Positions 18,364 through 28,043 of a stretch of DNA of 64,000 nucleotides are shown here, piece after piece. The stretch is taken from assembly GCA_965208835.1 (NCBI GenBank), contig OZ242358.1, positions 3,040,001 to 3,104,000 on the forward strand. The letters run 5' to 3'. The notes beneath the pieces were generated by a model. That model was not told where the DNA came from and did no database searches. It worked only from the letters and a program-made list of their open reading frames with translations. Position numbers and translations under genes: made by a program. Source of the DNA: Candidatus Latescibacterota bacterium (GTDB lineage: Bacteria > Latescibacterota > UBA2968 > GCA-2709665). How positions within the stretch are numbered: the stretch's first letter is position 1; each line of letters starts with the position of its first letter.

Positions 18364-20493
18364 ATGTCTCCCGATAACACACTCAAGAATCCTGTCCTGG
18401 CGTTTATCCTGATCTTCGTCGGATGTCAGCCTGACGAAGGGGTGACGGTTTCCGGCGCGGTCGCGAAACCGGGAACCTATCGGTACGTATCCGGTAAACC
18501 GGCGGCAGATTATCTGGGAGATGCCGGAGGCGCAACGGAGGAGGCTCTGCTGGACGAAGCCTTTGTGTCGCGCGCGCAGCCGGACAGGTCGGCAACAGAA
18601 ACCGAAGACATCACAATTCCACTGTACGAAAACCCCGAGGTATCGGCCGGAGACGAGATCCGGATTCCCGCCCGCATCTATGACGTACGACTTGACACCG
18701 TCCGTCTCGTGCAAGACGTCCGGCTGGTCGACAGGAATCGAATCTATCGAATCCCCAGGGGGGCGCTGGTGACCGGGTGGACGGAACGTGGCGTGCAGCT
18801 GGCGCTGATGCTGGGACGCGGCAAGATATACGAGAGTCCCGATACGGCGAAGGCCGTTTCGGCCTTTCACTATCTGTACATCCATCTGCACCCCGGCGAA
18901 TACCCCCGCCTGGCGCGATATACTGGTGCAGTGGTGGACAGCCTGGAAGCACTCGAGGACGCCGACACGATCCAAAGAAGCGTTATTCACTCTCTGAAAT
19001 ATCTGCGTGACGACGGCCTGCAGCTTCCGCCTGTTGGCTATTGGCGGGTGATAAAGGGCGTATTCCTGGCCCCCAGGAGCGCGTCGCGTCCCGGGGGCGG
19101 CATGCGCCGGCGCCGCTTCGACGACGGACGAATATGGACGACGTTTCCGGACGGCCGGCAGCGTTGGCAGTATCGCGACGGGCGGGTCAGCGTGGAATTT
19201 CCGAAAGGCTCCAGCGAAGACCGTTTTCCCGATGGACGGGTCGTGTATACCGACCGGCGTAAGAACCAGCGAATCACCTATCCCGATGGCCGCCGCGAGT
19301 GGCGGATGGCGACAGGAACGCAGGTACATCAGGGGGCGGACGGACGGGTTGTCGAGCAAAACCTGGATGGCGTGCTGGTTCAGCAGTTGCCGGACGGCAC
19401 GACCCTGGGGGTCCCTCCCAACCGACAGGTGGAAATGCGCGAAACCGAGGGCCGTTCAGCTGTTCCCGGCCCCCTGGCGGGACACACCCCTTCAGGAAGC
19501 GGATCCGACGACGCCACGGCGGCCGGTTCACACGTGGCGCCACCAGGGAACGCCGCATTGACCTCTGACGGCACTCCGGCGGCGCGCGGTCAGGGTTCCC
19601 TGCTGATCGTCCCGTCCGACAAGGGTGCGTCGGTTAATGTAACGGGCGGGACGTATCCCGACGGACGGCTGGTGGAGACCGGTCCGTCCGGCCAGACGTT
19701 CACCTCCTGGCCGGACGGAAGATTGGAAGTCCGGATGCCCCCCGCGTACGGGTATCCGGGCCGCCTGAGAACGGATCTCGCAACGGTCGACCCGCTTCCG
19801 GAGGCGGTTGCCGTCGGCGAGGAGCTGACCGTCTCGGGGCAGGTCCACGGCGAGGTTGAAGATGTAAACGTGACGGGTTTTCTCGTGCCCGACGGCGACG
19901 CGATCGAAGGCGACGTGGTCAGGCGGGGAGGGCGGTTTCATGCGCGGTTCCGGTTCGGCGAGGCAGGGCATTGCCGCGTACAGGTTCAGGTTGTATTGCC
20001 CGAAGCGCGTACGTATACCGCTTCCCACCAGTCGGTGGTTGTCGGCAATCCCGGCAGGCTGGAAGACGAGGTGCTTGCCATTGTCCCGTATCCGGGGGAC
20101 GAGGCCGCCCAGCTTTTTCTGATCGATCGAATCAACGCGGCCCGGAAACGGATTCGCCGTGGTTCGGTTTTTCCACATCCCGAGTTGATGCACGTGGCGC
20201 GCATCCGGCTTGAAGAGATGCTTGCCATGGGTTTTGTATCCCATTTTTCCATGACGGGCCTGGACGCGGGATGGCATACCGACTACCGGCGGTTGCCCTT
20301 TCGCGCTGTGGGTGAAAATGTGGCGAGAACGCGTTTTGTCGAAACAATGCACGCCGGCTGGATGCTGAGCGCGGGGCACCGCGCGAATATCCTGGCGAAG
20401 CGCTGGACGCACGTGGGGGTGGCGGTTGCGGAAGTGGAGGGATCGGTCTGGGGCGTTCAGGTGTTCGGACAGGTTGTCGACCGGGACCCTTAA
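18364..20493 (+). CDS. Putative lipoprotein: SLBB domain + (F/Y)PDG beta-hairpin repeats + C-terminal CAP/SCP domain
   Basis: Lipobox-like LIFVGC. VTVSGAVAKPGTY...DYLGDAGG (SLBB). Repeated FPDGR/YRDGR/YPDGR. INAARK...GFVSH...GENVA...WMLSAGHRANIL...HVGVAV (CAP). Confidence 0.75.
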   Translation: MSPDNTLKNPVLAFILIFVGCQPDEGVTVSGAVAKPGTYRYVSGKPAADYLGDAGGATEEALLDEAFVSRAQPDRSATETEDITIPLYENPEVSAGDEIRIPARIYDVRLDTVRLVQDVRLVDRNRIYRIPRGALVTGWTERGVQLALMLGRGKIYESPDTAKAVSAFHYLYIHLHPGEYPRLARYTGAVVDSLEALEDADTIQRSVIHSLKYLRDDGLQLPPVGYWRVIKGVFLAPRSASRPGGGMRRRRFDDGRIWTTFPDGRQRWQYRDGRVSVEFPKGSSEDRFPDGRVVYTDRRKNQRITYPDGRREWRMATGTQVHQGADGRVVEQNLDGVLVQQLPDGTTLGVPPNRQVEMRETEGRSAVPGPLAGHTPSGSGSDDATAAGSHVAPPGNAALTSDGTPAARGQGSLLIVPSDKGASVNVTGGTYPDGRLVETGPSGQTFTSWPDGRLEVRMPPAYGYPGRLRTDLATVDPLPEAVAVGEELTVSGQVHGEVEDVNVTGFLVPDGDAIEGDVVRRGGRFHARFRFGEAGHCRVQVQVVLPEARTYTASHQSVVVGNPGRLEDEVLAIVPYPGDEAAQLFLIDRINAARKRIRRGSVFPHPELMHVARIRLEEMLAMGFVSHFSMTGLDAGWHTDYRRLPFRAVGENVARTRFVETMHAGWMLSAGHRANILAKRWTHVGVAVAEVEGSVWGVQVFGQVVDRDP

Positions 20494-20545
20494 CAGCCCG
20501 TTGAAAAAGTCCATCCGGTATAAAATAAAAGCCGGAAGAAAATAC

Positions 20546-20572
20546 TTGACAAAACAGACATATGTCTGTTTT
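20546..20572 (+). promoter_or_regulatory. -35 box overlapped by a perfect 22-bp palindromic operator upstream of imuA (candidate SOS box)
   Basis: TTGACA at 20546-20551. AAAACAGACATATGTCTGTTTT (20551-20572) is its own reverse complement. The -10 element is not clear. Confidence 0.7.
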
Positions 20573-20601
20573 TTTGTTTATGAACATTTCTTCAGGGGCA
20601 T

Positions 20602-21303
20602 GTGGAACCGTTTTCACCCCCGGGAAAGGTCATCCAGGTGCGGGACGTATCGAGCAATATCACACGGGAACGCTTTTTAGCCTTGCAGGACAGCGGGTTA
20701 CAGCGCCTCCGGGCCGATCTGAACAGGATCAGGGTCCGAACGAAAACGCCACGCTGGTCGCTGGCGCATCTGGCCGGGCGCCTCTGCGAACTCTCCTCCA
20801 GTTCAGGAGCCGGTCTGCTCACGGCTGCCTTCCGGCTGGTGCTGGATGCGCAGCTCGGGCATGAACCGGTGGCCTGGATCACGGCCACGCCGGATACCTT
20901 CTTCGCCCCCGATGCCGCCGAAAACGGTGTGGACCTGAATGCCCTCGTCGTCATCCACGTGCCCGATGCGCAGTCCGCGGCGCGTTCGGCGGACCGGCTC
21001 CTGAGGTCGGGCGCCTTCGGCCTGATGGTGATGGACCTGCACGCCGATCCCGCAATTCCGTTTCCGCTGCAGGCGCGCATGGCCCACCTGGCGCGGGCCC
21101 ACGACACCGCCCTGCTCTGCCTGACCTCAAAAGCCAGGGAGACGCCTTCACTGGGACCGATGGTCTGTCTGCGAGGGCAATCCTCATGCCGGCGCCTGGG
21201 GGTCGACCGCTTCCAGTACGACATCGAAATTCTGAAGGACAGACGCCATGGACCGGGTTGGCGCCACACCGAAATCTGCCGCGGGCCGGACGGCCTGCAT
21301 TAA
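20602..21303 (+). CDS. imuA: ImuA/RecA-like accessory protein of the mutagenesis cassette
   Basis: GRLCELS, degenerate Walker A, AWI....FFAPDAAENGVDL..L.V, ADRLLRSGAFGL.V.D. First gene of the imuA-imuB-dnaE2 triad. Confidence 0.85.
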   Translation: MEPFSPPGKVIQVRDVSSNITRERFLALQDSGLQRLRADLNRIRVRTKTPRWSLAHLAGRLCELSSSSGAGLLTAAFRLVLDAQLGHEPVAWITATPDTFFAPDAAENGVDLNALVVIHVPDAQSAARSADRLLRSGAFGLMVMDLHADPAIPFPLQARMAHLARAHDTALLCLTSKARETPSLGPMVCLRGQSSCRRLGVDRFQYDIEILKDRRHGPGWRHTEICRGPDGLH

Positions 21304-22750
21304 TATCCGGGCGCTGCCGCTGCAACTCCTGCTGAGGAGACACCCGGAGTGGAAGCGAAGGCCGGTCGCGGTGGTGGAAAAAGAGAATCCCCAGAGTCCC
21401 ATCCTCTGGGTGAACTCAGCGGCCGGCCGGGCCGGCATCCGCACGGGTATGCGCTATGCCTCGGCCCTTTCGCTGGACCAGAACCTGTGCGCGGGAACGG
21501 TTTCCGAGAGGGAAATTCAGGCTGCGGTGCGGCAGGTCCACCGGCTTCTGGACCGTTTCAGCCCCCGGATCGAGCCCTCCGACGACGAGCCCGGGATTTT
21601 CTGGGTCGATGCCAGCGGGCTCGACAGGCTCCATACCTCTCTTGAAGACTGGGCCAGGCAGATCGACGCCCGCCTCTCCAGGCTGGCGTTAAAGGCCGGC
21701 ATCGTCGTCGGCTTCAGCCGTTTCGGCAGCTATGCCGTCGCCAGGTCGGTAAGCCGGTTGACCGTACTCCCTTCCCCGGAGGTCGAGCAGACGGAAAGCC
21801 GCATGGTGCGACTGCTGCATCTGCAGATCGATCCGAAGCTGCGCGACCGGCTCGAAAAGCTGGCGGTCCATACCGTGAACGACTTCCTGGCGCTTCCCGC
21901 GGGCGGCATTGCGCATCACCTCGGCGAGCAGGCCTGGAGCCTCTACCGTTTTGCGTCGGGAACGCTGTCGCTGCCGATTCAATCCCGAAAGATCCCCGAG
22001 CCCCTCCGCGTCCGGATAGACCTTGACGAGCCCGAATCCAATGCACAGAGACTCCTGTTCTGGATCCGCCAACGGCTGGGTCCTCTGTTGCGGGCAACGG
22101 CGGCACGGTGCCAGGCGGTGGCGGCCCTGCATCTGCAACTGCTGCTTGAAGACGGAGAGCGCCATCGCCAGCGCATCCAGCCGGCAAGGCCGACCCTGGA
22201 GGCGCCGGTCCTGCTGGATCTGCTCCGTTTGCACCTGGAAACGGTCTCTTTCCGTACTCCCCCGGTGGAACTGGCCCTCGAGGCGGAGGGCGTGTACGTC
22301 TCCGCCGAAACACTGGACCTGCTGCAGCAGAACCCACGCCGCAATCTTGAGGCGGCCCTGGATGCCCTGGCCCGGGTTCGCGCCGAGTTCGGCCCTGATT
22401 CCGTGCTGTCGGCCCGGCTCAAACCGGGGCACCTGCCCGAAGCCCGTTTCGAGTGGCAGCCCTTCGGGAAGCTTGCCGTCGCCAGTCCCCAACCGGTCCC
22501 CCTGCGCCCCCTGGTGCGGCGCGTCCACGCCTGCCCCGAACACCTGGAAGGGGCTTCCCTTTACCACGCGAAAAACCGGAAGCCGCTTCCGGGCGCGGGG
22601 CATCCGCCGGGACATGCGATCAGTGGCGGATGGTGGCATCGGGAGGTCCGGAGAGACTACCGGTTCGTCACGACCCGCCGGGGGGAGCGCCTCTGGATCT
22701 ATTACGACGAACAAGCGCGTCGCTGGTACGCCCAGGGCCGGGTCGAATGA
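21248..22750 (+). CDS. imuB: ImuB, catalytically inactive Y-family DNA polymerase
   Basis: [34 protein letters not shown]-terminal SGGWW.REVRRDY...LWIYYD....WY.QG. Overlaps the dnaE2 start. Confidence 0.9.
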   Translation: MDRVGATPKSAAGRTACINIRALPLQLLLRRHPEWKRRPVAVVEKENPQSPILWVNSAAGRAGIRTGMRYASALSLDQNLCAGTVSEREIQAAVRQVHRLLDRFSPRIEPSDDEPGIFWVDASGLDRLHTSLEDWARQIDARLSRLALKAGIVVGFSRFGSYAVARSVSRLTVLPSPEVEQTESRMVRLLHLQIDPKLRDRLEKLAVHTVNDFLALPAGGIAHHLGEQAWSLYRFASGTLSLPIQSRKIPEPLRVRIDLDEPESNAQRLLFWIRQRLGPLLRATAARCQAVAALHLQLLLEDGERHRQRIQPARPTLEAPVLLDLLRLHLETVSFRTPPVELALEAEGVYVSAETLDLLQQNPRRNLEAALDALARVRAEFGPDSVLSARLKPGHLPEARFEWQPFGKLAVASPQPVPLRPLVRRVHACPEHLEGASLYHAKNRKPLPGAGHPPGHAISGGWWHREVRRDYRFVTTRRGERLWIYYDEQARRWYAQGRVE

Positions 22751-25700
22751 CCGCCGCCGCCGCCCCCAATCCGCCCTACGTCCCCCTCTGGTGCAAGAGC
22801 AACTATTCCTTTCTGGAAGGCGCCAGCCATCCGGAGGAACTGGTCGAGGCCTGCCGGCGGAACGGCCTTCCGGCCATGGCGCTTACCGACCGGAACGGCG
22901 TGTACGGAATCGTCAGGGCTCACGTTCAGGCCCGGCAGGCGGGCATACACCTGATCCCAGGGTCGCAGATCGGCCTCCGGGACGGATCGGAAATCCTGTT
23001 GCTGGCCCAGAACCGGAAGGGCTACGGCAATCTCTGCAGCCTGCTGACCGACGGGCATCTGCGTTCCTCCAAGGGAACGTGTGCGCCCGGCCTGGATGAA
23101 GTGTGTGGCCGCAATCCAGGTCTGATCGCCCTGTGGATCGGCCGGGCCGGGCCGGAAGCTCCCGCGGAGGGCGGCCCGGAGCCCGTGCTGGAACAACTCA
23201 AAACGGCATTCGGGGATCGCCTGTACATCCTGTTGGCCAGACACCGCCGGGCGGAGGAGATTCTGCGGGAAATCCGGCTCCGGGAACTGGCGGACCGGTT
23301 CGGCCTTCCCACCGTGGCCGCCGTGGAAGTCCTCTATCACACACCCGAACGGCGACGCCTGCAGGACGTCCTGACATGTATCCGGGAAGGCGTGACCCTG
23401 TCCACGGCCGGCCGGCACATCCGGCCGAACGACCGGCACGCCCTGACGCATCCGGATGACCTGGCCCGCCTCTTTATGGACGATCCGGAGTCGGTCGGGC
23501 GAACCCGGGAAATTGCCGACCGCTGTACCTTCTCGCTCCAGGAACTGCGCTACCGCTATCCGCTTGAACGCGTGCCGGAGGGCAAGACTTCCATCCAGTA
23601 CCTGCACGACCGGACGTTCGAGGGCGCCGCGCGCCGGATGGGCGAAAAGTTCCGGGACCAGATTCCACAACTGGAGAAGGAACTCGAACTGATCCAGGAA
23701 CTGGAGTACGAAGGCTACTTCCTGACCATGTACGAAATCGTCGAGTACTGCCGCCGTCAAAATATCCTCTGCCAGGGCCGGGGGTCGGCCGCCAACTCGG
23801 CGGTCTGTTTCGCCCTGGGGATCACCAGCGTGGACCCGACCCAGGTGGAACTTCTCTTCGAACGCTTTCTGTCCAGGGAAAGGGCCGAGCCGCCGGATAT
23901 CGACCTGGATATCGAACACAACCGGAGAGAAGAAGTGATCCAGCACATGTACGAAAAATACGGACGCGACCGCGCCGCCATGGTGGCCAACGTGGTGCGT
24001 TACCGCTACCGGTCCGCCATCCGTGAAGTGGGCAAGGCGCTGGAGATTTCAGCAACCAGCCTGGACCGCCTGGCCAAGCTGGTGTCCCATGAAAGCTGGA
24101 GCGACGCCTTCATCGCGCAGGCCGGGCTGGACCCGCAAAACCCGGCCCTGCGCCATCTCACTTCCCTGGTGGGAGAGATCCAGGATTTTCCCCGCCACCT
24201 CTCCATACATCCCGGCGGTTTTCTGCTGGGCCATCGTCCCGTCCACGAACTGGTGCCCATCGAGAACGCCACGATGGACGGCAGAACGGTCATTCAATGG
24301 GACAAGGAGGACGTGGAGCAGGCCGGCCTGTTCAAGGTCGACCTGCTGGGGTTGGGCGCCCTCACCCATCTGCATCTCTGCTTCGATCTCATGCGGCGGC
24401 ACCGCGGGCGGGACATGTCTCTGGCCACCCTCCCCCGGGCCGATGCGGCGACCTTCGAAATGATCTGCCGCAGCGATACCGTGGGGGTGTTTCAGATCGA
24501 AAGCCGGGCGCAGATGGCCATGCTGGGGCGCCTCAAGCCGCGCAGTTATTACGACCTGGTGATCGAAATCAGCATTGTGCGCCCCGGACCCATCACGGGC
24601 GGCATGGTGCATCCCTATCTGCGACGGCGCAACGGGGACGAGGAAGTCGAATATCCCCACCCTTCCCTCGTTCCCGTTCTCAGGAAAACCCTGGGCATTC
24701 CCCTGTTTCAGGAACAGGTGATGCAGCTGGCCATGGTTGCGGCCGACTACACCCCCGGCGAGGCCGATCAGCTCCGGCGGGACATGGCGGCGTGGCGGCG
24801 TTCCGGTCGCATCGAGCGGCACCACCACCGCCTCGTCACCCGCATGGTCAAAAAGGGCATTGAACGCGAATTCGCCGAACGCATCTTCAACCAGATCCGC
24901 GGCTTCGGCGACTACGGCTTTCCCGAGAGTCACGCCGCCAGCTTTGCCCATATCGCCTATGCCACCGCCTATCTCAAATGCCACTATCCGGCGGAGTTCG
25001 TCTGCGCCCTGCTGAATGCCCAGCCCATGGGGTTTTACGAGCCCGACACCATCGTCAACGACGCCCGCAGGCACGGCGTCGCCGTGCGGCCCGTCTGCAT
25101 ACGTGAAAGCGACTGGGACTGCACCCTCGAGCCGGCCTCATCCCGCACGTCGGCCGCTCCGTTCGCCGTGCGCATGGGGCTGCGTTACGTCAGCGGACTG
25201 GGCGAAGCGGACGGACGCCGGCTTTCGGACGCCGCGAGGAAGCGCCCTTTTCAGGACCTCGAAGACATTGCCCGGCGCGGCGGGCTTCGCCAGGACAAGC
25301 TGGAGACCCTGGCCGAGGCGGGCGCCTTCGAGTGTTTCGACCTGGACCGGCGCGGCGCGCTCTGGCAGGTCCACGGTATCGCAACCCCGGAGGCGCCGGC
25401 GCTGCCGATGAACAACCACGTTTCGCCGCCCCGGTTTCCTCCCCTGAGCGGGTTGGAGACCGTTGCCTGGGACCATCAGGCCGCCGACCACAGCACGCGG
25501 GGACACCTCCTGAAACCGCTGCGCTCCCAGCTGGCCGCCCGCAAACTGCCCACGGCGCGCCAGATCAACCGGATGCAGGACGGACGCCGGGTTCGCTACG
25601 CGGGGATGGTCATCTGCCGCCAGCGCCCGGGAACCGCTAAAGGCGTTACCTTCATGACCCTGGAGGATGAAACGGGGTTTGTGAACCTGGTGATCTGGGA

Positions 25701-25866
25701 AAGGACGTTCAAGCGCTATTCCCTGCTGGCCAAAACGCTTTCCTGCATGGGCGTAACCGGAAAACTGCAGGTGGGAGAGGGCGTCACCCACCTGGTGGTT
25801 GAAAAAATCTGGAAGCCGAAGCTGGATACCGGAGCAGCCCGCCACAAGAGCCGGGATTTTCATTGA
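22747..25866 (+). CDS. dnaE2: Error-prone DNA polymerase III alpha subunit DnaE2 (ImuC)
   Basis: PHP-like [21 protein letters not shown]; QGRGSAANS; [11 protein letters not shown]; HLSIHPGG; KVDLLGLG; [11 protein letters not shown]; RQRPGTAKG; C-terminal SRDFH motif diagnostic of DnaE2. True start is ATG 22747, not 22453. Confidence 0.97.
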   Translation: MTAAAAPNPPYVPLWCKSNYSFLEGASHPEELVEACRRNGLPAMALTDRNGVYGIVRAHVQARQAGIHLIPGSQIGLRDGSEILLLAQNRKGYGNLCSLLTDGHLRSSKGTCAPGLDEVCGRNPGLIALWIGRAGPEAPAEGGPEPVLEQLKTAFGDRLYILLARHRRAEEILREIRLRELADRFGLPTVAAVEVLYHTPERRRLQDVLTCIREGVTLSTAGRHIRPNDRHALTHPDDLARLFMDDPESVGRTREIADRCTFSLQELRYRYPLERVPEGKTSIQYLHDRTFEGAARRMGEKFRDQIPQLEKELELIQELEYEGYFLTMYEIVEYCRRQNILCQGRGSAANSAVCFALGITSVDPTQVELLFERFLSRERAEPPDIDLDIEHNRREEVIQHMYEKYGRDRAAMVANVVRYRYRSAIREVGKALEISATSLDRLAKLVSHESWSDAFIAQAGLDPQNPALRHLTSLVGEIQDFPRHLSIHPGGFLLGHRPVHELVPIENATMDGRTVIQWDKEDVEQAGLFKVDLLGLGALTHLHLCFDLMRRHRGRDMSLATLPRADAATFEMICRSDTVGVFQIESRAQMAMLGRLKPRSYYDLVIEISIVRPGPITGGMVHPYLRRRNGDEEVEYPHPSLVPVLRKTLGIPLFQEQVMQLAMVAADYTPGEADQLRRDMAAWRRSGRIERHHHRLVTRMVKKGIEREFAERIFNQIRGFGDYGFPESHAASFAHIAYATAYLKCHYPAEFVCALLNAQPMGFYEPDTIVNDARRHGVAVRPVCIRESDWDCTLEPASSRTSAAPFAVRMGLRYVSGLGEADGRRLSDAARKRPFQDLEDIARRGGLRQDKLETLAEAGAFECFDLDRRGALWQVHGIATPEAPALPMNNHVSPPRFPPLSGLETVAWDHQAADHSTRGHLLKPLRSQLAARKLPTARQINRMQDGRRVRYAGMVICRQRPGTAKGVTFMTLEDETGFVNLVIWERTFKRYSLLAKTLSCMGVTGKLQVGEGVTHLVVEKIWKPKLDTGAARHKSRDFH

Positions 25867-26101
25867 TCCACCGCGCACCACCAACGAAGAATTCACCACT
25901 GATCAAATATGAAGCTGGAAGAAAAAAATTGCTTCCAATTCGAAGATATACTAAAATGGGTACACAACAACGGAGAGAAGACATTCCCTACGCCACCATA
26001 AACCTCGTCGGCAAAGCCCGACACATTTCGCGCGGCATTACCAACATACTAACGAACCCGTCAAATGCCTCCGCACCAACGGATTTAAAGAAACTGTAAC
26101 C

Positions 26102-27094
26102 GTGACTCAATGCCAAAAACACGCCGAATGTGAAAGAAACAAAGTTGCCAATAACTCAATTGACCCACCAATCGCAATAGATAGTCAAGGCCAATTCGCG
26201 CAAACCACCGGTAACCTAAAGACGCAAGATGCTAACCCAATGCAACTAGAAATGCCAATAACCAAGAAGGAAAACACTGAGCAAGTGCCGATTGCTTTGG
26301 GAGAATTCAACACTCAAAGCATCTATCTTGGGAACTTTCTCGAAATGTCAGCTTCATTGCCAGATCAAAGCGTCGACATAATTATCGCAGATCCGCCTTA
26401 CAATGCTAGCAAAGGCGGAATGTGGTCGATGAAATACGGGACACTACCGGGTTTTGGCGGTACTTGGCAGAAAATATCCCAAGTTTGGGATACCATGACA
26501 TTAGATGAGTATCTTGCCTTCACCCTCGGGTGGCTTTCCCAAGCCAAACGAATCCTTAAACAAACTGGATCAATGTGGGTACATGGAACCTATCACAACG
26601 CAGGAATAATAAATGTAGCAATGCAGATGCTCCGAATCGAAATTATAAATGAGATCGTCTGGTTCAAGCGTAACAGCTTTCCAAATCTCTCTGGCCGTAG
26701 GCTGACCGCGAGCCACGAAACGGTGCTTTGGGCGCACCGTGGAGGGAAGCGCTCTTACCGTTTCAACTACGAATATTCGAAGTCGGGAGATTTCTCGGAT
26801 GACCAATTGAAAATCCCAAAGAAGCAAATGCGAACAGTTTGGGATCTGCCGAATAACAAACCCCGCCGTGAGTTGGCCTTTGGAAAACATCCAGCACAAA
26901 AGCCAGTCCGCTTAGCGCGCAGATTCATCCAACTCTCCGCTCTCCCTGGTGATGTGTGTCTTGTTCCATTTGCCGGCTCCGGCAGCGAATGTGTGGCGGC
27001 AAAACAGCAAGGATTGCACTATATAGGATTTGAGATCAACCTCGAATACGTCGAACTGGCAACAAAGAGACTGAACTCCGGAGGCAAGCAATGA
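26102..27094 (+). CDS. Site-specific DNA amino-methyltransferase (N4C/N6A, beta class); M1 of the R-M system
   Basis: DIIIADPPYN (motif IV) precedes HPAQKP and PFAGSGS (motif I). Start uncertain (26102 or ATG 26240). AT-richer than the flanks. Confidence 0.9.
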   Translation: MTQCQKHAECERNKVANNSIDPPIAIDSQGQFAQTTGNLKTQDANPMQLEMPITKKENTEQVPIALGEFNTQSIYLGNFLEMSASLPDQSVDIIIADPPYNASKGGMWSMKYGTLPGFGGTWQKISQVWDTMTLDEYLAFTLGWLSQAKRILKQTGSMWVHGTYHNAGIINVAMQMLRIEIINEIVWFKRNSFPNLSGRRLTASHETVLWAHRGGKRSYRFNYEYSKSGDFSDDQLKIPKKQMRTVWDLPNNKPRRELAFGKHPAQKPVRLARRFIQLSALPGDVCLVPFAGSGSECVAAKQQGLHYIGFEINLEYVELATKRLNSGGKQ

Positions 27095-27975
27095 TGGGGA
27101 CACCAGCATCGTTATTCGATTTTGAAAAAGTGCCGATACCTAAAAGGAGGAAAGTAATCCAATCTAAGCACGGAAATGTGCCGTCGCTAATTAAGTGGAC
27201 TGGTAGCAAACGTAGTCAAGCTGCGCGGATTCTTGCTTTTGTTCCGGCACATGGTAGGTACTTTGAACCATTCTTGGGTGGAGGAGCGCTGCTCTATTTC
27301 TTAGGAAACCGAGGTTCTGTGTGCGGGGATATTTTCCGCCCACTAATTGAACTTTGGATGCTTGCACGGGATGAGCCAGACCGGCTAATCGCCGATTACG
27401 AATCGCAATGGGAAGAATTACAGGCGAACCTTCCGGATTATTACTACATCGTGCGGAGACGTTTCAACGAACAGCATAGGCCCGAAGACCTTAACTTCCT
27501 AATGCGTACGTGTGTTAACGGAATAGTCCGCTTTAACAGAAGTGGTAAGTTCAACAACTCATTTCATCTTTCACGTAAGGGTATGCTACCAAGCCGCTAC
27601 GAGGGAATCGTACGCAATTGGTACACTCGGTTGCAGGGTATTGAGTTTCGAATCGCTGACTTCGAAGAAACGCTTTCCGATGCCAGGTCGGGAGATTTCG
27701 TATATCTAGATCCACCGTACCGAGGAAATAAGCAACGTTACATTGGAAACCTAGATTTCCATCGCTTTTGTGGGGTACTTGACAACATGAATCGACGAAA
27801 AGTTAAGTGGGCATTATCTTTTGACGGCTTCCGAGGCGATAGGACTTACGATCACGAAATTCCAACTGAAATCTATGGGAGGAGGATTAGACTTGACAGC
27901 GGATACAGTGCTGTGTCAAAAGTTCTCAATGGACCTGTAGAGATGGTGACAGAAAGCCTTTATCTCAACTATTGA
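27091..27975 (+). CDS. Dam/D12-family N6-adenine DNA methyltransferase (alpha class); M2 of the R-M system
   Basis: IKWTGSKR, YFEPFLGGG (motif I), R.NRSG.FN, FVYLDPPY (motif IV). Confidence 0.92.
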   Translation: MMGTPASLFDFEKVPIPKRRKVIQSKHGNVPSLIKWTGSKRSQAARILAFVPAHGRYFEPFLGGGALLYFLGNRGSVCGDIFRPLIELWMLARDEPDRLIADYESQWEELQANLPDYYYIVRRRFNEQHRPEDLNFLMRTCVNGIVRFNRSGKFNNSFHLSRKGMLPSRYEGIVRNWYTRLQGIEFRIADFEETLSDARSGDFVYLDPPYRGNKQRYIGNLDFHRFCGVLDNMNRRKVKWALSFDGFRGDRTYDHEIPTEIYGRRIRLDSGYSAVSKVLNGPVEMVTESLYLNY

Positions 27976-28043
27976 CCTCAATTGCGATGAAATCCTCCCA
28001 CGCAGGCAGACGCGCGAGGTCACTTACCAACGCTTCGCCTGCT

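Noticed and set aside
22453-22746. N-terminal extension of dnaE2 in the ORF track (1137 aa)
   Set aside because: It overlaps the imuB C-terminus and is low-complexity. The PHP domain begins after ATG 22747, which overlaps the imuB stop.
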